From: a virus
DNA length: 64,000 nt
Strand: one strand, 5' to 3'
IMG/VR virus record: IMGVR_UViG_3300032516_000004
Location: 32,001-96,000 of that record
Numbering within the stretch: the stretch's first letter is position 1; each line of letters starts with the position of its first letter. Under the pieces are notes generated by a model. That model had not been told where the DNA came from and searched no databases. It saw only the letters and a list, made by a program, of their open reading frames with translations. Below, in pieces: positions 8,901 through 16,819 of this stretch. The position numbers and the translations under genes were made by a program.

Positions 8901-11127
8901 GCTTGATAGGTATGAGCGTAAAGATAAAGAGAAAACATGGCAAGAATTAGGTGAAGAACGTAAGAAGTTATATAAAGAAAAGAGACAGAAAGAGCGTAAA
9001 CCCTGGTTACAATGGATCAAAGAAAAGGTGTCGCCAGAAACACCAGTTGCCAAGCCGTTGGAACCATCAAAACCCATAGAACAACGACCATGGGAAAAAG
9101 AAGAGCCAAAATGGGAAGATGTGCCCAGCGCTCAGGAATCAGTTCCACCAACACCAGAAAAGGCAGAAGAACCTGAGCCAACACCAGCTAAACCAGCTCC
9201 TGAAACACCCAAGATGTTTGGGCCTCCAACCGAACATGTACCTAAGGTACCACCAGGAAAATCACAACCACCTGTTAAGCAATCCCCAACATCTCAAGAA
9301 AGAAAGGTTATTGAAGATGTAGCAAAACAATTCGCTGGTCAAAAGGGACCAGTCATGGAATTTATGCAAAAATTAATGAAAACTATACCCTGGCCAAAAC
9401 CTGAAACACAGGAACAACTTAAGCAATATAGGGAAAAGGGATATCCATCTAAAATTGGAATGACAGTGTATGAAATTTGTGAATATCATCCAGATTTTGC
9501 ATATAAATTCTTAATTCCACACTATTCATCCCAAGGGGATGAAAAATCAGCAAACGCGATTAGGGTTTATTTACAGCAAAAAGGTGTGCTTGAGGGATTT
9601 GAAGCTCCTCCTGGTGTTAGACCACCAAAGAAAGAGAAGGAACGATTAGTAAAATGGAAAGGTGAAACACCAGAACCAGAATTATCAGAAGAACCCAAGC
9701 AGAAACCCAAGTTTATGGAATCTAAGTGGGACACATTTCAGGTTCCAGCATTTAGTAATGCAACTATTCCAGAGATCATGAATAATCTTTGGGACAAGAA
9801 AAAACAATTAAATACATTCTTAGATTACATGGCCGTTCATCATTATAATGAAATTACGGAATGGGGTAAAGAGGCACTTCCTGAAAAGATGTCTGATCGA
9901 TGGGTAGAAAATGTTGATCAACGTCGTAAACAGTACATACATACCGAGGAACAACGACGACCCATTGAAGAAGCAACAGAAACCGGCACACTTAGCAGTG
10001 TGTTAAAGTGGACTATTCCAGAAAATACAGACATTCCAGCATTTGCGGGTGATACCCTAGAACAGGCTCTTAAAAAGAATAAGAAGGCTGTTATTGATTT
10101 TATGTTAAAGGATGGCGATAGACGCACAATATTGCTATCATATATTAAACATAAGTTTCCAGATCAATATCAGTATTGGCTAGATAAAGTTTCTGATATG
10201 GAGAGTGGTGAAAAGCCACCAGAGAAGCCAAAGAGTCAAGTATTTGAACCATTACCTAGTGGAAGATACAAAGGTAAATCAATACCAGAAGTTTTATCGG
10301 TAATAAAGGGTACTGGTGGGTTATTAGAAGACCCCGCTAAAATTAATCCTCAAGCAATAGATTTTTTGGCGGAAGTGTATGAGGAAGCACCAGAACATTA
10401 TGAAATGTATATGAAAACTATGGACCCAAGTGTCCGAGAGGTGTATGATAAAAAAATTCTTAGCCGATTAAAGGAACAAGAGGAACCTATTGAAATTGAA
10501 GAATCGTTAGAAGAAGAGGAAGAGCTTCCATCTGAAATAGTTGAATATGCTGGTGAAGAAGAAGACGAAGAACCTGAGGAAGAAACGAGTGCGTGGGAGA
10601 AAGATAAAGCCCTTCGTAGTGCTATTTATGGGAAAGAAATGTCGATGAGAGGCCCACATCGGGGATCTATTGGAGAAAATGATATGAGAAAATGGAGTAA
10701 AGCCGGTCCTGGTCCATCTGCTTATAATGCACCTGGTAAGAATGATAAAGAAGATTATGACTATAAGGAGCGTAATAAACAACCATCTAAACTTCGTACT
10801 AGGTTTAACATTACACGAACGCATTCTACCAGCTCTACCAGAGATGGTGGATATGTAATAATGGAACTTGGTTGGGATCCAGAGACATTTAAGGGAATGA
10901 GCCCACAGAACATTCAGCATCAAGTAATTTCATATATTAAGGGTCTTGAGAGCGATAAATATTTTCATGATTTTGGTGTTATGGGTAAAGCTAAAATTAC
11001 CATGTTTGATGAAGAGGCTGGTGTAGCTGAAATAAAAGTACGATGTAGCGAAACTCGTGGTATTATGCCAGTTACCTATTGTACTGATGATCCTAGTGTT
11101 AGAGTTCCAACAACCGGCATTCGATAG
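5914..11127 (+). CDS. Giant multidomain head-region protein with DUF5661-like domain (1737 aa)
   Basis: GIKIEMEHTNDPEVAKEIAMDHLIEDSKYYDKL matches the DUF5661 pattern; N-terminal SH3-like barrel; two YFxxYG modules; Pro/Glu-rich linkers. Confidence 0.65.
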   Translation: MISDRKFISRPSNGKKYSKKDFLGVTDGEQWNLEHVAELIGARQPPAEDDPLPAGTMVEFNAPDGTPYKGRVASKSGEDYIVDVTPGESYLVPPGKLAKITPESEQIRDAVRREIAPTMEKVSEHEESNKLIVKISYRDHRPNDGHMMNWAALHYPELRLVDALPQIGRNINLVFELPKQAAEDVRPQGSAPHMPGERGRGLSSEEIEGTGVIGDKIPGGLSEQPLEQGIKIEMEHTNDPEVAKEIAMDHLIEDSKYYDKLKKIEAKTIGFDEVIKEAQLGQPGSADQFNDLNDAARKTLQAFNISNPEHYASPQETEAFGEAENSGVRLWFVLHSKEGEKTSPMYITRQGSIVPSDEGGSKLARGFVQVSVKNGTPDLPMIMIQGPSGPESLQEYGFSVSAAIIKAANSELANKLVIKSKTDPKVAVELEKYVDKNLEDNDKIIELTRAMLANPELTKQLSKLLGERKTHQSIPTDPTTTLISNWPGQQSTQYQHIKPYGDPAGGVVEGPYQKSGNYAAGVLAAQEILDTRGYSAEAQAEYESRLTKLGVDKTTKDLLTKYFKDYGKQMVRDIPRKKHAQKEVDPATVQYWVNYFGSSIFDDGWYGQQMTRTIPKKTYKGDGTTESVDSDDEEGVIGNPDKTFSKEAQWLGKTTKGGPKYVRPPRPTTTPGFFSPGGFLQKKKVDPIKGTIGQAGSAAEQLLSHARINPQVAQHIDKLLHTYQASDASARQKAITDIRLKNPQYQPPAGWQAYDDTLRAALLPRALATISGAIEEALKVVQQSAASSTPAKQTTSTGTETIYGSEGEMISASKIASSDYTAYIKKTNKGYEVKSEKNPSWSGGTYKSKGEAEKRLQQVEMFKHMSFVAYGDIESNHMFGKISECLSICDNTVGILTMVSTLIDDESLNKSAEIQKLAKTLRDMVVEAIQKAETDPSSEFSRDLSGLYHGYLAKHPDLEWKMLEGKGRRHLTPEEISEILYTAAHERTFFKAFQKLLDRYERKDKEKTWQELGEERKKLYKEKRQKERKPWLQWIKEKVSPETPVAKPLEPSKPIEQRPWEKEEPKWEDVPSAQESVPPTPEKAEEPEPTPAKPAPETPKMFGPPTEHVPKVPPGKSQPPVKQSPTSQERKVIEDVAKQFAGQKGPVMEFMQKLMKTIPWPKPETQEQLKQYREKGYPSKIGMTVYEICEYHPDFAYKFLIPHYSSQGDEKSANAIRVYLQQKGVLEGFEAPPGVRPPKKEKERLVKWKGETPEPELSEEPKQKPKFMESKWDTFQVPAFSNATIPEIMNNLWDKKKQLNTFLDYMAVHHYNEITEWGKEALPEKMSDRWVENVDQRRKQYIHTEEQRRPIEEATETGTLSSVLKWTIPENTDIPAFAGDTLEQALKKNKKAVIDFMLKDGDRRTILLSYIKHKFPDQYQYWLDKVSDMESGEKPPEKPKSQVFEPLPSGRYKGKSIPEVLSVIKGTGGLLEDPAKINPQAIDFLAEVYEEAPEHYEMYMKTMDPSVREVYDKKILSRLKEQEEPIEIEESLEEEEELPSEIVEYAGEEEDEEPEEETSAWEKDKALRSAIYGKEMSMRGPHRGSIGENDMRKWSKAGPGPSAYNAPGKNDKEDYDYKERNKQPSKLRTRFNITRTHSTSSTRDGGYVIMELGWDPETFKGMSPQNIQHQVISYIKGLESDKYFHDFGVMGKAKITMFDEEAGVAEIKVRCSETRGIMPVTYCTDDPSVRVPTTGIR

Positions 11128-11136
11128 GAGACTATT

Positions 11137-11706
11137 ATGCGATACATGTTGGTGAATGTTAGTGAGGGGAATTTACCTATAGACCTACATCACCCAGACG
11201 TGTCATATCAAAGAGCTAAGATGCGTCGGTTAGGCCCGGATGTTGCGGTAAGTATTCCACGTGGTGAGTCGATTGACATTCTTCCACATTTTAAAGGTTC
11301 TATTGAACGAGCACACGCAGCAATCAAGCATAGTCGTGATATTTTGAAGCTTCTAAATCCAAATCAGCTACACATTTATGTTTGTGATGATGCTGGAAAT
11401 CGTATTGATGTTGATAAGCTGTTAAGTTGTGAAGGAAGTGAAAAACCAGTTGATGTAACACATAAAGATGATACTACAAGACCGGACATCGAATTAGCAC
11501 AGACATTAGCTAGTCAGGATCAATTTGAAGCCAACAAACGTGGTGAGGCTAATACGCCTAAAACATATATACGATATAAAGTTGAAGATCTTGAAAAACT
11601 TACCAAAAATCAAATTGTAAAATTAGCTAAGAAGGAAATGAATCTTACAATTGACACCAGATTGTCTAAGGGTGATATGATTAAAATAGTTATTGGGTCA
11701 TATTAA
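11137..11706 (+). CDS. Virion-region protein with C-terminal Rho-N/HeH-like helical domain
   Basis: SD AGGAG; C-terminal DLEKLTKNQIVKLAKKEMNL..DTRLSKGDMIK; N-domain resembles the 32357-33109 product. Confidence 0.6.
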   Translation: MRYMLVNVSEGNLPIDLHHPDVSYQRAKMRRLGPDVAVSIPRGESIDILPHFKGSIERAHAAIKHSRDILKLLNPNQLHIYVCDDAGNRIDVDKLLSCEGSEKPVDVTHKDDTTRPDIELAQTLASQDQFEANKRGEANTPKTYIRYKVEDLEKLTKNQIVKLAKKEMNLTIDTRLSKGDMIKIVIGSY

Positions 11707-12749
11707 TGACAGCTAAAGTACCAGTTCTTACCCATGAAGAGGAAGAAATTGCTGAAGAGGTACTAGAATCTAGTGCCGAGGATGCAATCAAAACTAGTGC
11801 TGCCACGATATCTCCAGATGACGCACTAACCTCTACCAGGATAATTGAAGATAAGGAACAGCTATCCAAAGAATTAGAGAGCGTGTCGTCAGAACTAGAA
11901 AAAGTAATCAAACATAAGGAATCAACCAAGAAATTAGCTATATCAGCAAAATTAACTGAAATATTAAATGCCGCTGAATCAGACGGACCAAGCCCAATTA
12001 TCATTCCGAAAATGAGTACATTGTGCTCTGTCTGTAAATGGTCAATAACTAATACCGAATTATATAACTGGATGTCCCAACTAGCCCTTGGTGGGCTTTC
12101 GTATGGTAGAATCTGGCGGCTGTTAACTGACTACATTCCAAAAATGCACCCCAATGTTAAAGTTCCAACTAGGAAGACTGTTTGGGTGCATTTTGAAAAG
12201 CATGTTTTTCCTAAAGAGACAATGGAGATAATGGCGGCTAGAAAAGCTCGCTGCCCAACAGCCCAGGACGAACTTGTTGAGAGCCAAACACTTAAAGAAG
12301 TGTTGGCCGGTCATTTTGATGAGTACAAAGAATTATGTTCTCTTTACACTAAATTTAGAGAAGTAAATGATAAAATATATGCGACCGCTGGATCTTTAAT
12401 GATAAGTAGGGGTGGATTTAACGAGTGGTCACAAAATAAAATTCAAACTTATGTGTCGATGATTAATACACAAAAGTCTATTCTTGCAGAAATTGGCAAG
12501 ATGCGACAGGGCGATAAGTTAGTAAGCGTTGTAGCCAAATTTATTATCGAATTATTTACAAAGAGTATTGTTAATAAGTTATCCGAAGAATTTGACACGC
12601 TTGCTGGTATTATGCGTCGCCAAGGAGTTCCTAATGATGTACTAGACGCATTCGCGGCTGTAACTCATGAACGCCTTGGACATTTAATTATTGAAGAAGC
12701 TAGATCTGCCATGGATCAAACCAAAAAAGAATTTAAACTCCCTAATTAG
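11706..12749 (+). CDS. Candidate terminase small subunit / HTH-Zn DNA-binding protein
   Basis: CSVC...LSYGRIWRLL...TVWVHFEKHV (CxxC-HTH-HxxxH) followed by a helical oligomerisation-like region; 4 kb upstream of terL. Confidence 0.45.
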   Translation: MTAKVPVLTHEEEEIAEEVLESSAEDAIKTSAATISPDDALTSTRIIEDKEQLSKELESVSSELEKVIKHKESTKKLAISAKLTEILNAAESDGPSPIIIPKMSTLCSVCKWSITNTELYNWMSQLALGGLSYGRIWRLLTDYIPKMHPNVKVPTRKTVWVHFEKHVFPKETMEIMAARKARCPTAQDELVESQTLKEVLAGHFDEYKELCSLYTKFREVNDKIYATAGSLMISRGGFNEWSQNKIQTYVSMINTQKSILAEIGKMRQGDKLVSVVAKFIIELFTKSIVNKLSEEFDTLAGIMRRQGVPNDVLDAFAAVTHERLGHLIIEEARSAMDQTKKEFKLPN

Positions 12750-12751
12750 CC

Positions 12752-14437
12752 ATGCCACAAACAAAAACACCAACAAAATCACAAATAGGTACGACTGTTG
12801 GAGCTACTGTACCTGGTATGCGTGAAGCACAAACACAAAAGGCAGTTTCCGTTATTACGCCTTCTGTACCAGAAGTTGTTGGTGAAAGCCCTAAAGAAGT
12901 CATAGATAAATTGAAGAAAGTTCAAGAGCAACAAGTTCGTGATAAGCAACAAGAAATGCAAAATATGCAAAAGCAAATTACTATGATGCAAGCTGTTACA
13001 TCTATGCGTAAACAAGCACTTATAAGAAAAGCACAAACTACGCTGTCGACACCACCACAACAGCAAAAATTGGAAGAGAATCTAGAACAGCAAGAACAGG
13101 CTGAAGAGCAAGAAATTGATGAACAGCAGCAACTAAACCTACAGAATCAGGTAGCGCAGCAACAACAGCAACAGATGCAACAGATGAATGTTGGTCAGCA
13201 GCAAATGTTGCAAAAACAATCATTTACTCATCCTGAACGAGCTGATGTGGAAATTAAACTTGGTAATTCATTGGTTTTATGTGATGTTGCAGCAACCGCA
13301 AGACAACAAGTAACAGGTTTACAAGCCTATGAGTCATTGCCTCGAGATCGTGGATTATGGTTTCCAATGTATACTAGAAGAGCCGCGTCTTTTCACATGG
13401 GCGATGTTGGATTTCCTATTGATATTGTATTTGTGGATAACAATAAAATCGCTAAGATAGTGTCTAATATTCAGCCCAATCAGATGGGGTCATGGTCAGC
13501 ACAGTGTACGGATGTCGTAGAAGTAAATGGTGGCTGGTGTGGTGAAAATCATGTGCGTGTTGGATATAAAGTGCAAACCCCCACGTCTAATAAAACAGCC
13601 TCCCGTTCCACAATAGAGCGGGCCATTAACACCTCGTGGTCAGCTCCTCAAAAGGCACGAATCAAGAGTGATAAAGATTCTGGAACATCATATGACCAGC
13701 TTCGTACTATTACGGAGGCGGAAACCACGAAAGACCCATTACTCGAGCAGATTGAAGCTCTGATACCTGAACTTAAGAAAACTGCTCAAGAAGATTATAA
13801 GGTGAAACCAGTCACCTACCGAGAACAACCTGGCGAAATTGATCGACGAAATCCCGCCGAACGTTTTCGAGATCATGATCTTCCACCGGTAAGCAGTCCA
13901 ATGGGTGAAGACGCTCCTAGCTCAGCGATTGCTGATCCTCTGAATTCTGGGGTTAGTTCTTATGATCGATCGCATTGGAAGATGCAGTTGGGGTTTGACC
14001 CACTAACTCAACCAGATACTGGAAAGTCACAACTAGAAAAGATTCAGACCGGTCGTGGTCCAACTGAAGGTGAACAGGTCGTTAGACCAGCCTCTCGACA
14101 GGCTCAAATACCTGTTAATACATCTAATGAGCTGGCCGGTGTTAATACTGAGAAACTTGCCAAAAGCTCTCTTCAGCTATATACTAACAGCCCACCTGAT
14201 TGGGGAACGACTCAAGATCCAAGAGGATACGACAAGATGGCGATCATTAACGATCAGGTGATCTCAAATTGGATCTCAAAACTAGGATTTGATGAGAAGA
14301 ACGAGTCTAAACTAAGACAGACTATGTTTACTGAGACCTACAAGCGAATGCTGGGTGACAGTCTAGTGACTGCACGCCTAGTTTCTGACTTCGACATAAT
14401 GGGTAGTGATTTACTGCTCTATCGGAGAGACCAATGA
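12752..14437 (+). CDS. DUF192-domain protein with Gln-rich N-terminal region
   Basis: DVAATARQQVTGL..YESLPRDRGLWF...FHMGDVGFPIDIVFVD...VVEVNGG (about 13230-13580) is the DUF192 pattern. Confidence 0.75.
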   Translation: MPQTKTPTKSQIGTTVGATVPGMREAQTQKAVSVITPSVPEVVGESPKEVIDKLKKVQEQQVRDKQQEMQNMQKQITMMQAVTSMRKQALIRKAQTTLSTPPQQQKLEENLEQQEQAEEQEIDEQQQLNLQNQVAQQQQQQMQQMNVGQQQMLQKQSFTHPERADVEIKLGNSLVLCDVAATARQQVTGLQAYESLPRDRGLWFPMYTRRAASFHMGDVGFPIDIVFVDNNKIAKIVSNIQPNQMGSWSAQCTDVVEVNGGWCGENHVRVGYKVQTPTSNKTASRSTIERAINTSWSAPQKARIKSDKDSGTSYDQLRTITEAETTKDPLLEQIEALIPELKKTAQEDYKVKPVTYREQPGEIDRRNPAERFRDHDLPPVSSPMGEDAPSSAIADPLNSGVSSYDRSHWKMQLGFDPLTQPDTGKSQLEKIQTGRGPTEGEQVVRPASRQAQIPVNTSNELAGVNTEKLAKSSLQLYTNSPPDWGTTQDPRGYDKMAIINDQVISNWISKLGFDEKNESKLRQTMFTETYKRMLGDSLVTARLVSDFDIMGSDLLLYRRDQ

Positions 14438-16464
14438 ATACTTATAAGAAGGCCGTTGCTGTTCGTAGACAAAAACAGTCTAAAATTAATAGTAGGATAA
14501 AGGCCGCGATGAGTGGTCTACCTTCTCATACCGCTAAACTTAATTTTGATCTTACTGATCGAGACACTAATAAAAAAATTGATGTACCTCGAAACGCTAG
14601 AATCAAAGCAATCGCTATTGTATCTGATCTATTAGATAGCTTCGGTCTACCATCTAAGGCAAAACTTAACTATTTGGGCACAGTTAAGAAGGCTACCACT
14701 AAAGATGGTGATATAAAAGATGGTATTTTAAAGGTCGGGGCTGTTATTTCCACACTACTCGGCCATAAGATTGCTATTGATGTTCCAGTTATTGTTAGAG
14801 ATAAGAGTTTACTCGAACCAGCAGTATTCTTTTATGATGGGAGTCCGTTTGTTTTATGCAAACAGGCCATTGATCAATTGATTAAACGTGGTACTTTAGA
14901 CAAGGCTATTGCAGAGCGTAGGAATTTGTACTCTCCACCACTTATGGAAAAATGGTTGGGGATTGATCATGAACCAGCTCGTACGCCCATTATCAATAAA
15001 GATCATATGTTTAACCCCGGCTCACGTAATCCATGGAAGTTCCGTCGATACTCACAGAAAAATGTAATGGTAGACTGCCCAGAATGTACGGGGGCGGGCA
15101 GTAGTTCTGCGACTCATGGCGAAGGAACCTTTGAAATTCCATGTGAGAATTGTAAGGGATCTGGAAATATCGAAGTAAATCCAAGCGACATAATTGAGGG
15201 AAAAGATACGTGGACACGTTGTCCAGATTGTGGTGAGTACACTCAACACGATCAGTGCGTGTCGTGTCAGCAGTCAGGATCTAGTGATGTTGAGGGGGCA
15301 CGTTTAAGCCCACATGCTGAAGAACAATGTAAACAGTGTGGTTATTCGATGCCAGCCAATGAAGCGGGGTGTCGCCAGTGTGGAGCACCGCGTCAAGCAT
15401 GTATTCAGAAAAAACAGGCCAAAGATAAGAAACCGCGTGAACGTACCAACATTGACACGCCGACTGAATTTCCCGAGGTGTGGAAGGGTGATCTACCACA
15501 GCAAGTTCTTGATCCGGCAGAACGTAGCCGTGAAGATCTGTTTGGGGTTGGTCAAGCGGTGAAACTTAGTGAAGATTTTGAGGCCCGTGAACGAGGTGGT
15601 GGTCAGGTCGTGGTCCCAAGCGGTGAGCGTGGTAAAGTGGTTCGTGACATGAAGGGTGATGGCCTATGTCTAATGGTTAATTTTCCGGACATGGATATAT
15701 CAGCTATTGTTCCAAAACGGTTTTTGAAATTAGCTACCCAGGAGGGTAGTAATCACCCTTTTGATAAACAGGCTAGATTAACTCCTGGAGTATATTCGAT
15801 AGTTCTACCAGATTTTCCGGAAACAGGTTGGACACTGTTCGTTGATCCGTCTGGCAATGCGGTGCTTCAATATACTAGAAAAACCGGTGCTGAGATAATT
15901 GGAAGTATTTATCCAAATCCAGTACAATCGCATCCGGGAATTGAAGATGTTATTGCCGCCGCCATTGAAACTAATAAAGACGAAATGGTTGAGTCCGTAG
16001 CGGATATGCAGCAATATATTAATAGTGCTGGCATTAAATATGATTTAGAATCTGAGTTTAATGAACAAACTCAGCTGCGTGAGCAAGAGTATGGTGGTGA
16101 TAAAGAGGGCATCAGTGAACGAGAACTCGAAAATCCTTGGGTAACTTCCGGCGAGCCGTCGCACGAACCAGAAATTAAATCAAAGTGCCAGTGGTGTTTA
16201 TCAGAAATGGAAGAAACTGCTGGTACGGCCCAAGGTGAGGTTATCTGCCAGAAATGCGTTGAGTGGGCAAAAGCAAATCCAGGAGAGTGTACTCCTGAGC
16301 AATTAAAAGATCTTGGAGCTACCAGAACAGCCGCTACCACTGAACAGGTAAAGCACGAAATTCGTGAAATGCTCCGTGAGGGATATACCCCTGTAGACAT
16401 TATAGCTGCTGTAAAGGAAAAATATCCAGAGCACGCAGTAGAGGTTCTTAAGAATCTCAGTTAA
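14434..16464 (+). CDS. Multidomain protein with clustered Zn fingers and SH3-like domain (676 aa)
   Basis: CPECTGAG and CENCKGSG (DnaJ-type), CPDC/CVSC, CKQC/CRQC, CQWC/CQKC; FGVGQAVKL...GERGKV barrel. Confidence 0.6.
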   Translation: MNTYKKAVAVRRQKQSKINSRIKAAMSGLPSHTAKLNFDLTDRDTNKKIDVPRNARIKAIAIVSDLLDSFGLPSKAKLNYLGTVKKATTKDGDIKDGILKVGAVISTLLGHKIAIDVPVIVRDKSLLEPAVFFYDGSPFVLCKQAIDQLIKRGTLDKAIAERRNLYSPPLMEKWLGIDHEPARTPIINKDHMFNPGSRNPWKFRRYSQKNVMVDCPECTGAGSSSATHGEGTFEIPCENCKGSGNIEVNPSDIIEGKDTWTRCPDCGEYTQHDQCVSCQQSGSSDVEGARLSPHAEEQCKQCGYSMPANEAGCRQCGAPRQACIQKKQAKDKKPRERTNIDTPTEFPEVWKGDLPQQVLDPAERSREDLFGVGQAVKLSEDFEARERGGGQVVVPSGERGKVVRDMKGDGLCLMVNFPDMDISAIVPKRFLKLATQEGSNHPFDKQARLTPGVYSIVLPDFPETGWTLFVDPSGNAVLQYTRKTGAEIIGSIYPNPVQSHPGIEDVIAAAIETNKDEMVESVADMQQYINSAGIKYDLESEFNEQTQLREQEYGGDKEGISERELENPWVTSGEPSHEPEIKSKCQWCLSEMEETAGTAQGEVICQKCVEWAKANPGECTPEQLKDLGATRTAATTEQVKHEIREMLREGYTPVDIIAAVKEKYPEHAVEVLKNLS

Positions 16465-16498
16465 CCCCTCATTGAGGGAGGCTTATAAGGAGCTTACT

Positions 16499-16819
16499 AT
16501 GAAACTTTGGGTTATTGTAGATCACATTGGACGACAGTTCTTAGGTAAAGTAACTAACGAAAATGATGATATTCTAACTATAGAAGAACCAATATTAATA
16601 ATGGAGATCATTCAACCGCCGAAGGTTGATTTACAAGTGCAGCCAATCTGTCATACATTTGATGTTCCATCTATTGAGGTTCGTTGGGTTTCAAGATTTC
16701 CTGCAAATGAAAAATTAGCCACACTATATGAAAAATTCACAGAGCAGATGCGGGCTAAGCGTGCTGGTATAGAAATCGCCTCAACAATCCCCAAGGGATT
16801 GCAGCTGGTGAGACATTGA
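16499..16819 (+). CDS. Small beta-barrel protein, possibly Sm-like (ATG 16499)
   Basis: SD AAGGAG before ATG 16499; GRQFLGKV..E.DDILTIEEPILI fits an Sm1-like strand pattern. Confidence 0.5.
   Translation: MKLWVIVDHIGRQFLGKVTNENDDILTIEEPILIMEIIQPPKVDLQVQPICHTFDVPSIEVRWVSRFPANEKLATLYEKFTEQMRAKRAGIEIASTIPKGLQLVRH

Noticed and set aside
16464-16480. Intrinsic terminators at small hairpins (16466-16478, 43627-43655, 44162-44179)
   Set aside because: Stems are short and lack a following U-tract; they may be processing or translation-control hairpins but are not supportable as terminators.
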